Assembly: GCA_040437565.1 (NCBI GenBank)
Contig: JBDOQK010000061.1
Span: 1-64,000 of the forward strand
DNA: 64,000 nt
Direction: 5' to 3'
From: Albugo candida
Taxonomy: Eukaryota
Below the pieces are notes generated by a model. It was not told the DNA's origin and made no database searches. It worked only from the letters and a program-made list of their open reading frames with translations. Position numbers and translations under genes: made by a program. Each line of letters starts with the position of its first letter. The first letter of the stretch is position 1. Below are positions 1 to 14,103 of this stretch, in pieces.

Positions 1-3000
1 ATGATTTCGGTCACCTCCACCTCTGTGACTTTCACTTCCTCCACATCAGGTCGAATCTCCTCTTCAATCTCCTTCGTCGTTTTCTTTGGCGTCTTGGTCT
101 TCTTTTTCTTCTTCTTAGACACTGCTGTCTCTTCGATAGGGAAGCTTGGCACCTTTTCTAAACTGCTGTCACTACCAAAATCACGGTTTTGATGATAGGT
201 TGAGAGTGGCTGTTGTCGATACTGCAGGTCAAGGTGATCATGACTCTTGAAGCACTGTGCCGAACTCTCTGAATGCGGTATGGCAGTATTTTTAGTGTCT
301 TGGTATAATTTGTAATCTACATTTTGGATGATGGAATCGTCGTCCTCATCAGATTCGTATGCGAGAGCTTTGAATGCTGTGGCGTTCCATGATTGCTTTC
401 CATGTTTGGGCTTGACGCTAGTNNNNNNNNNNNNNNNNNNNNNNNNNNNNNNNNNNNNNNNNNNNNNNNNNNNNNNNNNNNNNNNNNNNNNNNNNNNNNN
501 NNNNNNNNNNNNNNNNNNNNNNGTCAAGGTGATCATGACTCTTGAAGCACTGTGCCGAACTCTCTGAATGCGGTATGGCAGTATTTTTAGTGTCTTGGTA
601 TAATTTGTAATCTACATTTTGGATGATGGAATCGTCGTCCTCATCAGATTCGTATGCGAGAGCTTTGAATGCTGTGGCGTTCCATGATTGCTTTCCATGT
701 TTGGGCTTGACGCTAGTATGTTTATCGTATCTGTCGTTTTTTGCAATGCTGGAAATACTGCTACGTGTAAAACTGCTACTATCGACCTTGTCATAATGTT
801 TAGCTGCCCAACGATCAATATCTTTCGGAGATTTTCTCTTCTTGCATTTGCAATTTCGTGTATGGTAAACATTCCATCCATCCTCCGCTAGGCTTCCGAC
901 TTTAGCTGAGTGATGCGAGTCACCATATTGAGATACTTCTGGTTGATTAGTGAATTCACGTTGCGCATTTTCGCTATCAGATTCGACTTGCTTTAATTCT
1001 GTTGTGGTCGATGATTCAGATGATGGAGCTATTCTGCCCATTGTTTTCGCAGAAGATTCTAAACACTCTGATTTCCAATCTGATTCTCCTTTGTCGATTC
1101 CATCCCCAATTGAAGAAGGTTTACTATTCACCACGTTTTGATGCAATTTGGTCGGCAGAGGCAATTCCGTGCCCTTTTGATGATCCCTCATAGGTAAGAT
1201 ATTGGCGGTTTTTGATTCGGGGGAATTTGGTGCATGATCAAACTCACGAGTCAGTTCTACTTGAACTGATTTGAGACTTTTTCGATCGGTTTTTGCGTGT
1301 GCCATCAAATGATCATTTTCCGGAAGCTCGACTTGCTCCATCGATTGAGTGCGTTTTTTGGAAAGGGATTTATGTTTTTGATCAGCAGTGATTGCATCGC
1401 TACTTTCCAATTCTCTGTGCTGCATAGCGCTACCTCCATGCTGATTCGCTCTTGAGGGAGTCTTCAAGCGATGTTTCGATTCTTCACCAACTACTTGGCC
1501 ACTTGATTGCGTACCGGAGAGAAGTAATTGACGTCGAGATTGACGTTTCTTGATAGGTAAATCTTCAGCCCCGCTCTTCCATGCGACCTGCGTTTTCAAA
1601 AACTCATTTAAAATTAGTACCCACTGCGAGTGACGGTCAGCTTGATTGTAATAGCGTGATGCTGAACCAACTTCACAAGAACGGATATGCCGAGAATTCC
1701 GCTCGATATCCTGTAAAGCTTTCAGAGTCCAGGAGGCACTTACCTTTTCGGTTGCGAGTGGCTGATCCACACATTCTTCCTTACCTTTTTCTTCAGTTGA
1801 CGTTGACGGCTGATTTTCCAAGCCAATTGCTTCAGGCTCCATTTCAGGTTCCAGCATTACGAGGGAAGTCGTGTCGCATTTAGTGGGCGTGAAATAGTTC
1901 TCAATCAGAACAAACTTGAGCTCGTTCTCATCACATTTTTCGTTCTGCGTGAGCGAATCGTCAACTTTGGTACTTTCGTCAATTGAAGTCTCTGTTTCGC
2001 ACGTAGAAACACATGTGCGTAATTGGACTCCCTGGGTATATGTTTCATAGGTCTTTGGACGCACATCGTCAAGTAAGTAGTACCATAAGCTCGAGCTGCC
2101 TTCCACCTCCATCCATGTTGACACATCTGATTGAGACCTTGCATAGGCGAGCAAATACGTCCTCAGATTTTCCAAGTTGGAACCACATATTTCCTGCGTA
2201 AAAGTTGTCGTACGCCACTGCCTGGAGGCGATAAAGTCACTTCTTAACGGAACTAGCTCCAAGTCACCACTATCTTTTTCGTCAATGTGAAAAGCTTGTT
2301 CCAAATTGTTTTCGTAGCATGCCAAAAGCATTTTTCCATCCAAACTGAGCCTTACTTTGGTGAAATGTAATCGCTCGCACTGCTCTTGAAGCGAGAATCC
2401 CTTCCATTTGTTGCATTCATGAGCCAAAGTGGTATCGTAATATGCTTTTTTACTAATTTCACCTGATTGATACCCAGCTCTACTCCTTTCGTGGAATGAC
2501 AATCTCTTGAGCTGATTACGAGCCCAAACCTTATTTTCGTTTTGAGACGAGCACATATAAGACCCTTCCTTGTTAAATAGCGCCATGTAGTATGATATTC
2601 TGTCGACGATTGCAGCACTCGATGAAACAAATGGCACATGAATACCACCATGAACTAGCTGCAAATCTACCATTTTTCTTTTCGATTGAAAGTGCCGATT
2701 GAGTAAGAATGCAGCCGCAAAAGATGAGTCGTAACCTCCAGCAACAAAACCTGCAACTGGATCTTTCAAATGTCGAGGGATATCCATCACGCCAACTCCA
2801 TACTTACGCCTTCTGATCAAAAACGTTACAGCATCGACAATAAATTCCAAAGTATGTCCATCTTTGGCAAGTACACTCGCTAGCTGATGTAGATAGACGA
2901 GATCACGGTCTCGTACGTCTTCTTTACCCATGTTGGTCTGATACGATTCCTTTCCATAGACGATCATCTGCACCTTGTATCCACTACACTTTGCTTGCTC

Positions 3001-3513
3001 GATAGCAATGCCAAAGTTCATTGAGTCCCCGACATTATTTTTCAAAATCACCAGACATCCTTTTGATCCCGTGATGACTTGAATCGCCTTGAAGATTTGC
3101 TGAGAGCTAGGAGAAGCAAGCAACTCCCCGCATACCGCACCTGTAAGCTTCCCGTAACCAACGTACAAAGCGTGCACGGGCTCTCGTCCCGTCATTCCAC
3201 CCGATAGTATCACAACTTGCTGATCTCGGGTTTCTTCATAACCAGCATACAGCACAGCATTACATCCTTCAACCAAGATAAGGTCGGGACGAGATCGAAC
3301 CAGATCTTGAAGCATACTTTCCACCACGTTCCCATTCCCTTGATCCAACACCAACTCTTTCAATTCCATGTTTTTCATTGCTTCGAGAGAAACACCAACT
3401 TTCAAAGTAGACCAACCAATTGTGTCAGATTTTGCATTATAGAAATCAATCATTTGCCAAATTTTATTTTTCGAATCTTGCTCGGACAGCTGCATACAAA
3501 GCAGAAGAGACAT
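1..3513 (-). CDS. Large protein with N-terminal degenerate Dak1/DhaK (dihydroxyacetone kinase K-subunit)-like domain and long low-complexity/charged C-terminus; 3'-partial
   Basis: VILSGGMTGREPVHALYVGYGKLTGAVCGELLASPSSQQIFKAI...GCLVILKNNVGDSMNFGIAIEQAK matches the DhaK pattern SGGGSGHEP..GFVG.G.L.AAV.G.VFASP...KNYTGD.LNF. First ATG 3513 (track uses TTG 3573). After collapsing the 227-422/523-718 duplicate, the frame stays open (HDHLDLQYRQQ...SKKKKKKTKTPKK...VTEI) to base 1. Confidence 0.8.
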
Positions 3514-5036
3514 TTCGAAGCCAGAAAAAGAGCAGAATCCTTTTTTTACGCAAGTTTGATTCGAATGTTTCAAATTGATCTGTTTAGCGATTATCTAGAT
3601 CGACCGCTTTTCTCGTAAATAAAATGTTATGAGCTACTTTCTAATCACGAGAAAAGCGATCTCTTTTAGCTGACCGGCACTTTATAATAGAAGATGCATG
3701 CATAAGTAGCGCCCAAACCTTCTCCCATACGGCACCAGCTTTAGCAGCACTGCAGCACTTACAACTACAATAACATTCGGCACATGCTGCACGGCATGAC
3801 TCTTCTAATTATCTCGGCTGCATAGGATTGTCTATTCTTCAAGATTGCCATGATTCGGTTTGCTGAATACCCCATTAAGTTCAGTTCGCCTTTTTGCATC
3901 GGCATATATTGAAATACCAGTGATATAAACTGTTAGATGATAAAAGACGCTAATCATTATTCATATTATATCGACCAATGTGTGGAATGAATGACTATCG
4001 ATCTTGGTCAATGCTGGTGGGTTCACTCTTTACTAGTACTCACTCTTTGACTGTTTCATAAACTCGTAGCATGTTGAAGAAAGACTTTAGAATACCTCTT
4101 TTAGTACTTTTTGCATTGATGATACAAGTAGAGCATCGCTATAGAGAAAAGAATTTCTCTATTCTCGTTACACATCATGTCTACATGTACGCTCACTTAA
4201 TGTGTTACACAATGTGTCGTGAAAAGAAAATAGGTAGTCATTTTTATAGAATTTGTATGCTATCAAACCATTTTTTGTGGCCAATGCAGTTTAGAAGGCC
4301 TTTCAACGCACTCGAAAATCATGAACGTTCCAGCTAGACTCGTCGTGTCTGACAGTATACAATAATAGTGATACCGGTACGCACAATTACACACAAAAGA
4401 AATGCACTTCACGGGGTGGTAGTATTCAAGTGTTGCTTTTTTGGTGCAGACGCACTCACCTTCCTTTTCATTGCCTTTGATACCTGAATCATGCACTCGC
4501 GTCTACATCAGCCAATGAAGCTCGCAATTCTTTTAGTGCTTGTTCCAGAGTGGNNNNNNNNNNNNNNNNNNNNNNNNNNNNNNNNNNNNNNNNNNNNNNN
4601 NNNNNNNNNNNNNNNNNNNNNNNNNNNNNNNNNNNNNNNNNNNNNNNNNNNNNTACTTTTTGCATTGATGATACAAGTAGAGCATCGCTATAGAGAAAAG
4701 AATTTCTCTATTCTCGTTACACATCATGTCTACATGTACGCTCACTTAATGTGTTACACAATGTGTCGTGAAAAGAAAATAGGTAGTCATTTTTATAGAA
4801 TTTGTATGCTATCAAACCATTTTTTGTGGCCAATGCAGTTTAGAAGGCCTTTCAACGCACTCGAAAATCATGAACGTTCCAGCTAGACTCGTCGTGTCTG
4901 ACAGTATACAATAATAGTGATACCGGTACGCACAATTACACACAAAAGAAATGCACTTCACGGGGTGGTAGTATTCAAGTGTTGCTTTTTTGGTGCAGAC
5001 GCACTCACCTTCCTTTTCATTGCCTTTGATACCTGA

Positions 5037-5870
5037 TCATGCACTCGCGTCTACATCAGCCAATGAAGCTCGCAATTCTTTTAGTGCTTGTTCCAGAGTG
5101 GCTACGTCTTTCTCAACATTAGAAGAAGCTTCGACACCTCGACTGCCTGACTGCAGTCGATCAAGAACGGAAATAGCGCCATCGCGATTTTCACCAGCTT
5201 TCAATATGTTATCGTCCATCAATGCATCCGCACTCGATCGTCCAATCTTTGCTATCGGCGAAATGAAGTCTCTCTCGTACCGACGACACAAACGCTCAAT
5301 AGATTCGGTATACGTCGCTGCTTGGTCTAAATCATGCTCAAATGTTCTTGATACTGTCGACGTCTCATATGTCAACAGTTGAGATCGCAGATCATCAGCT
5401 ACCTTTTGCTCGTCCCGCAACTGACTCGCAACAGCCACGAGCTCAGCACGAGCTCGAATTGTGTCGGCTTTGCATTGTCGGATGATTGCTTCGTACTGCT
5501 GTAACTTGGTATTTGACTTCACTAGGTCTTGACGCAGAACGTCGTTCTCTTGGGTAAGATCAGAAACTTGTGATTCCAAATCAAGCACCTGGTGTGATGA
5601 AATAGAAGATTGCAGCAAATTTGATGAAAGAAGTGACTGTGCTTCCGCGGACTGCGTGTCGCATGATTGTCCCTGGTAGCACTGAAACTGCTCAATTGTA
5701 GTTTGTAGTGATCGAGCCAGTGCTCGGAGTGCCACCATGTCCTGCTGTTGACGCTCATTTCTTGGTGATGTCCTGTCGCATGAAGACCGTTCTGATTCAA
5801 CCTCTGAATCCTTTGTATGATGTTCGTTTTTTCTGCTTTTATATCGTATCTTTCCGAGTCTTCGGGACAT
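5037..5870 (-). CDS. Hypothetical coiled-coil protein (277 aa; may extend 5' across the gap)
   Basis: Long ORF with heptad-like L/E/Q/K/R runs (VLDLESQVSDLTQENDVLRQDL...). Confidence 0.65.
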   Translation of the reverse strand: MSRRLGKIRYKSRKNEHHTKDSEVESERSSCDRTSPRNERQQQDMVALRALARSLQTTIEQFQCYQGQSCDTQSAEAQSLLSSNLLQSSISSHQVLDLESQVSDLTQENDVLRQDLVKSNTKLQQYEAIIRQCKADTIRARAELVAVASQLRDEQKVADDLRSQLLTYETSTVSRTFEHDLDQAATYTESIERLCRRYERDFISPIAKIGRSSADALMDDNILKAGENRDGAISVLDRLQSGSRGVEASSNVEKDVATLEQALKELRASLADVDASA

Positions 5871-8800
5871 TGCCCTGCCACATTTAATTTCAAATATAGC
5901 CTTAATGGNNNNNNNNNNNNNNNNNNNNNNNNNNNNNNNNNNNNNNNNNNNNNNNNNNNNNNNNNNNNNNNNNNNNNNNNNNNNNNNNNNNNNNNNNNNN
6001 NNNNNNNNTCAGTCAATTGCGTATGCATCGTCTATTCATCCTCTAAGAAACATTGAAGAAATAATTTACGATTTTCCGGGTCTGGATCAGGAGGAAAGGT
6101 CTATCATCATGCAAACTATCCACAATATCTAAATGAAATTGGATATATATAATACGTCTTGTCTCGGAGAGAAAGCTCATGATAGATCGAACACAAGCGA
6201 GGATACCACATCACTAAGATAATACCTTCAGCAGCGGAATGATTGCATTTCAGCCGTTGCAATAATGGTACGATGGTATTACTTAATATGAATTGAAAGT
6301 CGAGTGGTTTGAAGTTAAATGGTAGCATCGGGTGCTAATTGAATGTGGTAGGTGTGACCGAAATCAACATCGTTCATTACACAAGACACGCCCCGTGTTC
6401 ATCGTAAAGAATCTAGCAGCAAGATCTCATCACTTACAAGGTGATTTCAAAGTTAGATGTACTCAACACCTGCTACCGGGGCTTGCAGTGTACAAATCCA
6501 CATTAGTTGCTTCTTCAAAGAGAACATCGGTTTGAGTTGCAAGTTCGATTTTTGCAATTACGTATTATATGCAGCTCTATCACTCTTGAGGCTATGCTAT
6601 CGCCAAGTGACGTAATGGTATCTCACATGTTCTGAGACGATCTTCTTGGTCAGTGTGCGGCAATTACATGATGGTGTAGCAACTGGTCTACTACGCATAA
6701 CTCTGTGGCGCAAAATAGTAATCGCCCATGGCGAGAACGCTCCTAGTATCCCACCTACATGCAGTTGCACATGCATCTATCCTATCCCCATAATTCAATA
6801 CTGCAAAAGCTAGCGCGATGGGCTTATCAAGTGACGTATGGATATGATATAGCTGATTTTCCACATCCCAGCGACGAAATCCTAGAATGTCAATAACACT
6901 GAATGGCAATGAGAACATTTCGAAGATAAAAAACAGCTGATCGTTGAAAAGTACAAAATGTTTAGTATAGAAATTGATGTCTACAGCGCGCTTAGCGTAT
7001 AGATAGTAGTACTTAGATCTTCGATGCTCCAATCATTTCTCACCTACGTCATTCTTGAGACACCTTTCCGGTATCCTAATGCGCGCAAGTAAACTAGAAA
7101 TATGCATGTAGCGATCAACACGTAGTGATGACAAAATACAACCTTTACTCACATTTTAACTGCGTCATCGCATGCTTTTTAATAGACTGTCATGCTTCAT
7201 CTATGATTTTGGATCCCCTCCCATGAAGCTCTTTGTTCCAGAAGGGTCATTACGTATCGCTTTTTATTCGAGAAAAAACCAACCGAAAAAGACCTGAGCG
7301 AAATGAGACTGAGATTATTGTATCTTATGATTGTCTTTACTATGCAGGGCAAATAACATCACGACCAGGCCAGTAACGACCTACGCATTGAGCAATGATA
7401 GATTTATCGATAGATTTAAAATAAGATTTTCATTATAGGATTGCGATCGCTTGTCAACCGAATCGGTTGATGGTCTTTCGGTGGGATAACTTGTAGAACA
7501 CTTATGATGTTTTCTTGCATGATAAGCGATGTATTGAACTGGTGGAAGCGGATAAATTGATGATAGCTCAGGAGCTGCTACCACGGAGAGGGCTCTATAC
7601 GTCTCTAGATTCATACCTAAAGCACTACCACGAATTCTCAGCACCGCTCGAGCCTATGGGGAGTGGGTAATCATGTACGTGGTACGCTTGACGAGTACGG
7701 ATTCAGTCAATATATTCTTGACGACGATTGCAGAGATATATGTTCCAATTCTGCTTGTTTGCGAGAAAAAAAGCCCAGCCGAGTTACACTGCAATCATCA
7801 GAGCTTGTACACTCACTTAAGAATCTACATCGATGACTCTCAATGAAACTTACATGGAGATCATACAGATGCCGTCAATTTGGAGTGCATATGAAGTAAT
7901 TTTAGTATGTGAGTAGCTTTTATCCAGAACCTAAGACGAAAAACGAAAACGAGGAAAGAGCTTTTTTCTTAAAGGAAGTCGGACCTTGCTGACATGTGAA
8001 TGATCTTAATGGAATAATTCAAAGCTTCCACATTGCGACCAATACATTTTGAAATAGCATACGCAGCGGTATGCAATCATCAGTGAAAAAAAAGGAGAAT
8101 TCTATGCCCAGTTTAGCTCAGGGGAGAGGAAGTGATCTCCTATCCTTCAGACTTCCTTTTTGTTTTGTAAGCACGATTTATTCGAATCGCAAGTGTAACA
8201 AAGCATATTTTACGGGTGCATCCATCCTTAACATCATCCGATTTGAAGAACGATAGCGCTAAACTTTGTAAGATCCGATGTCGTATTTGACGTCTTGTCA
8301 TGGATTACACAATGCGAATTTGACATGAAAGATGGTCACATATGTAGCTGTACAAATTTCCATTCATTGTTGATTGTATGATCATCGCCACTGCATCCAC
8401 TAACAGAAGGTCGAGAATGCTCCAAGTGCTTGAACCGTATGTGGTACGTGTGATTTCCAGCAAAGATAGACACGAACGAGCTGAGTTATGATACCTTCGA
8501 TGTGTTCAAGAGCGAGGATTGAATTACGGCACGAAATACCGTCCGCATCATCAGACAATGGAGAACAAGCTGAAGAATTCAGCCGATTTTTTTCAAATAA
8601 GTGAGCTATTTCCAACAAAGTCTTATGACGGACACGAACTTTTTACAACTCAGTGAAAATTTTTGCTATCCGATGTCCATAATCACTTTGTAACGATCGC
8701 AACAATCATCGCAATCACGCAAACCTGCTCGAATCTTTATCAGGACGAGACTCAAGCCACAAGATAAAATTCACAACCAACGAGATTTTCTTATTTTTTT

Positions 8801-10115
8801 GGAAATATTTTTTTGCACTCAAGAAAGCTTAGTAAGCTTTTAGCTTTCCAAGGCTTTTAGCTTGATGAAGACTTTGAAATAGTCGAAATCTGACATCATC
8901 ATTTTTTTGGGTTGTGCACCTTGGAAAACGCGAGAGCTAAAGTCGGTATGGGCAGCATGGAAGCACAACAACATAATAGCTATTCGTGCATCTGCAGGAT
9001 ACATCGAATCTCAATCGCGATGAGCACTTCAAAGGTAGTGTACTCAGCAAGATCGGCGAATTGTCCCAACTCGACCGACGAATTTGTACAGGCTCAGAAT
9101 TATATCATGGAGGTGTGTTCCAAGCAAATTGAGATCAGGACTTACATTTGAAAAATTGAATTCAAGAAACATGTGCAAACATCTTAACAAAAAGCAGATT
9201 AGACGGTACGGGAAGATAGATTTTATCATCGCCATGAATTTTTTCTATTCTTTACGGGAGTTTTCGAAGTGACTAAATATAGTAGCGAAGCGAATACAGT
9301 GATAACTCGATGCTCAATCAATAAAAGTTTACAGCCTTAAAAAGTCAGTTGAGTAGTCCGACTTGGAAAGTAAAAAAGTGTTCGTCTCCTCTGGAAGCCA
9401 TCATAGACAAGATTTTGTGATGTTGATCTGAAGCAAAAAGACACTTGAGTCACTTACAGATCAAAGGTTTTCTCCACTGCATAATGCCAGTGTTTGTAGA
9501 CGATGATTCAGTATCATAACAGAAGTCAGGCATGATCTACCATACTAAAGATATGTTATAGAACACAAGCTACCCCGAGTCACATGTTTGACGACATCAT
9601 CATCTCAAGCGTCGTTCTTTCGAACATGATCAGCTCAAGACATTTATTACCTGATCTTCAATTTGCTCTGAAAACATCTTGTCAATTCTACCAATGATGA
9701 GCGCCCGAATTGAACCGTCGCAAGAAAAGCTGGACGGCATGATGAAATACATCAGCGCGAGTAGCTTCAACGCATTTCATGGAAGAACACAATCCCTTCA
9801 ATACGTCGCCAATATCTGAAGTCCACAGCTAAATCTGCTACCAAGTTCCAAGCGCAAATCTATTGTAACTGTTGGTTGTCAAAAGTTTCTGTAAGCCGTG
9901 CGATGTATATGTGACAAAAAATCTACCGACTTATTTGCCGACGCATCAATTTGTCGTCTCCCTGTGGATAAGAGAGTCTCATGAGGTAAGAGCAGCTAGT
10001 TCACGTAACCGATTTCCTTACTTGGACATCAGCTAAATATAACAGGTAACGTCAATCATATCGGTTACGATCGCTGTGGTCTTCCCTTCAGTCAAACATT
10101 TATCTTCTCGTAAAC

Positions 10116-10403
10116 ATGCGATCAGGTCAACGAGTCGTTCAATCTGCTATCAAACGATGGCTAGGAGACCCAGGAACGTATCCGATCATCGTTGTTTGTG
10201 GTTTTGCCGGTGCCTTATGTACTTATCAGTGTGGGCGCTATTTGTTTGGACATCCAGACATTTCGTGGAACAAAACTTCTCGTAATAATACTCTCAAGCA
10301 TGATCCAGAGGTCGGTGAAAAGTGGCAGTCTCATCGCGTTGGTATAGCTACAATCAGGAAAAACGCTGTAAATGAAGCTAAAGGGCTTTACAAAGAAGAA
10401 TAA
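10116..10403 (+). CDS. NDUFA4: NDUFA4/B12D-family small mitochondrial membrane protein
   Basis: 95 aa; KRWLGDPGTYPIIVVCGFAGALC..RYLFGHPDISWNK fits the family pattern (YP, TM helix, R.L..NPDV.W.K). Confidence 0.85.
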   Translation: MRSGQRVVQSAIKRWLGDPGTYPIIVVCGFAGALCTYQCGRYLFGHPDISWNKTSRNNTLKHDPEVGEKWQSHRVGIATIRKNAVNEAKGLYKEE

Positions 10404-12440
10404 AGTGATCAAGCGGTATTTTCCTCCATTCACAACGGTATAGTGGATTTGCATCGAAATTTGAGGTCAGAAGATGCCTTTGAAGCGTCAAGTAATAGAC
10501 TACCTGAAGATTAATACAGCAGTCTTGCTTATTTTACCTTTGTACAAGTTCTTGGAATTTCACTCCGACTAATCCGCAATGAGGCCAACCTTTTGTGGCG
10601 GGTATACGCATCGATTGATTGACAGCTGTTCGCACGGTGGCTACTCTACTTCCTCTCAATGTGGAAATGCATGCCAGCTTCACTCTGATGCTTGGATAAA
10701 GCTGGTGCTGCTACTTGCTACAAGTAAAGTACTCATCGATTTATCGCTATTACTCCAAACAACTGATACAAGCCCTGCAGATTTACAACCAGAGAATACT
10801 CTCACGCGTATCAATATGCTACTGTCACTATCAGAATTTTTCTTTTGTCATCGTTGTTGACAAGCTCCCAGTCCGGTAGCGAATGTATATGACGATTCAC
10901 CAAATACATCACTGGACGACATCGGGTATGCAGTGCGACTTTTTGAGCGACATTGCAAATATAAAACCGCATTGTGAAATCAAACATATATGAAAAAAGG
11001 CTTTGCTTGAGGAATTGTTTGCAACGCTCTGCGCATATGCCACAATCATGTGCGTATGCGTAGTGTCATACTACGGTAAGTATGGCGAAAAGCAATTTTC
11101 ACCGATGCTATTGAGTAGCTGCTGTACTATTTACAGTTGAGTCATGCAACTACACTTAAGGGCTCAACAGCTTGTGTCGGACCCAAAGCCGCCGTATTGC
11201 ACGTCTCGATATATCCATAACTAGTATAATAATATCAGTCCGGAATTATTTGATAACGAGCCAGCCAAACACTTGTCAGATATTCAGGGTGGATGTAAGC
11301 AATCTGCTTTCGAGTGCATATCTCAGATCAAACAGATTTTTGTTGCATAAAGATCTGCAGCACTGACATCTATCTCTTCAGCAAAATGGCGTAAAAAATC
11401 AAGATTGCTCTGGCTCATCGTAAAGTGAGACCGATTAAATGTGCTTCATAATCAACAGCTTGGTGCTAGCGGGTTCATGAAAAATTTCATCACTTCGGAG
11501 CAATGATAATTCTTCATGTAGCACATTCTGAAAAATAAATGAGGATAATTCTGTGGAATTGATGAGATGTACGAATCAAAGTGACTTTTTAGACACGGCA
11601 AAAAGTAGTTAAGACCATCGGCTAAATGCAATCTCATGACCCCTCTTTGACCGTGAAGTTGAAAAAGTTTGAACAAATCTGTGTTGTGCAATCCCATGAA
11701 AAGTGATCGGTATTTCTAAGAATCCCTTATCCACGAATCGTGGATTGATTGTTGAATGGCACACGTGTTTCCTATCACACGCACTGGGTCCTATCCTATT
11801 TTGCTTGGATGTAGTGTCTAGTAATAGTGGAACAGCTAGAACTGAAAGTCATTACAAAGCACCACCATTTTTCTAATCAATCATGGCTTTCTGACCCTAT
11901 CGTAGTAAGGCTGACTGATCGTTGAGAAGCCATGTAAATCTCGACGTGCAAGTATTTCTCAACACGAAGCAATCAGTCAGAAAGGTACACGTAAGACTGG
12001 ATATTATATAATCAACTCTTTTAGCTCCTACCTGCCACTTTCTCATTATTTATCTGTTGCTGTTATATGAGATCTTTGAAACGCTCAGCCAAGTTGTACT
12101 TCGGGCCAGACATCCTTTCCAACCCACGTATGCCATTCTTCAACCAGTCCTGCCTTAAAATCTTCTTTAAAGAAGCTGAGGTATTTTTATTTGGACTGTA
12201 CAATAATGTAAGCTCTCCCATGCGNNNNNNNNNNNNNNNNNNNNNNNNNNNNNNNNNNNNNNNNNNNNNNNNNNNNNNNNNNNNNNNNNNNNNNNNNNNN
12301 NNNNNNNNNNNNNNNNNNNNNNNNTGCAAGTATTTCTTAACACGAAGCAATCAGTCAGAAAGGTACACGTAAGACTGGATATTATATAATCAACTCTTTT
12401 AGTTCCTACCTGCCACTTTCTCATTATTTATCTGTTGCTG

Positions 12441-14103
12441 TTAAATGAGATCTTTGAAACGCTCAGCCAAGTTGTATTTCGGACCAGACATCCTTTCCAA
12501 CCCGCGTATGCCATTCTTCAACCAGTCCTGCCTTAGAATCTTCTTTAAAGAAGCTGAGGTATTTTTATTTGGACTGTACAATAATGTAAGCTCTCCCATG
12601 CGGATATCGTGCAGATTTCTTAGTGGATGCAGAGGTGGATACACAAAAGCATAAAATTTCGATATTCGATATCCGTAGAGTAGAGCACTCTGATGTAGAT
12701 ATTCCATTTCCGCGCCTTCTCTGTAACTTTCGGTTTGTGACTTGGATAGCATAATAGTCAGATCAGTGAATATCTCAGCTTGAACTCGAAACGCGTCGAT
12801 GTTGTACATATGTAAATGCGAGCAAACGGTATTGACAAATTCCGAGTCAATGTCTGCGAATATAGCGCATTTTCTCGTCAAATTCTCACAGCGCCGAAAA
12901 TCTTCCATCTTGTGTCTTATTTGATTTAATACAGTGTTGCGTGTACTAATTTCAATCAGCGACCAGTTTTCTAATGGAGCTCCCATTTTATTGGCAACCA
13001 ATAATGTATCGGTGGTAAGCACACATGAATTTTTCATGGAACAGCGATGACACTGACAATCAAAATGATAGCGATTTCGTAAAGCTTTTCTTCTGTCGTC
13101 CAAGCAGTTCGCTGGGTCAACTATAAATCAGCATTCAGAACGCATTTGATCTATATGACTTCGGATTCAGAAAATTTACCGTATGAAACAGTGATTTCTT
13201 CATCTTTTTGGATCGATTTCATCGTCCAAAGCTCTAATTGTGCACTTCTAGGTGCAAAACTAAATTCGATCGAATGTTAGGCAATATTTGTAGTGAGGTG
13301 ATGCAAATGGATGCCATACATTGTGACACAATTAGGATCGCAACTGTGATTCACCATTGCCCCCAAAGGGTAACACCCAGCTCCAATTTCTAGAAAATTT
13401 TCATCCAGGATGCAGAAGTTGTTGCATTGAAATCGACACAGCATTTTTTGTAGATCCCGTATATGCCACGATTCTAGCCAAACGAAGACTTCAGTTGAAT
13501 TATGCATATATCGCTTTATATACCTCTAACTAAACCCAGTTTTTGAGTGAGTAGTGATAAGAGATTTGTTTCATTCGTGATGTCAACGGAATGCCACATC
13601 AAGTCCATCGGAGAAATACTCAGATCATTCAATTTGTCGGATACAGTACTAGTTTTGATATCAAGCGCAAGACCATCAATGCGCCTAACGACGCGACCAA
13701 GTAGTAAAATATCGCTAATTTGATGATCTTGTAAACGTAGGGTAGCGAGCTGGCGGAAAATAGCGCACTCAATACGATGGTCGAGTTTCCAATCGCTTTT
13801 TTGGCAAGCTTTTGAGCCTATGGTTGCACAGTATCAAAGAGTCCTCCTTGAAGCACGTTTGCGGAACTCACAGTAATGCGCTATATGACAAGCTCCACAT
13901 CGTGAAACACAATCTAGCTGCTGGAAACAAACAAAACAACGTTCCTGCCAGTGTCTAACGGCCAATATTCTCGCGAAAGGAGATGACAGTAAAACCTGAG
14001 ACCCTTCTTCTACAAAAGCTGTCCGTAATCTAATGCATCGATTGATCTTCTGCACGACATCACTCTCATCAATCACGTCACTCAAATATATTCTGGTCTC
14101 CAT
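12441..14103 (-). CDS. SMYD-type SET and MYND domain lysine methyltransferase, about 5 exons
   Basis: Spliced by GT-AG: CFVC..CGACHIAHYC|SKACQKSDWKLDHRIEC (MYND); FQCNNF..GAGCYPLGAMVNHSCDPNC; EEITVSY|VD; post-SET YHFDCQCHRC. Confidence 0.9.
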
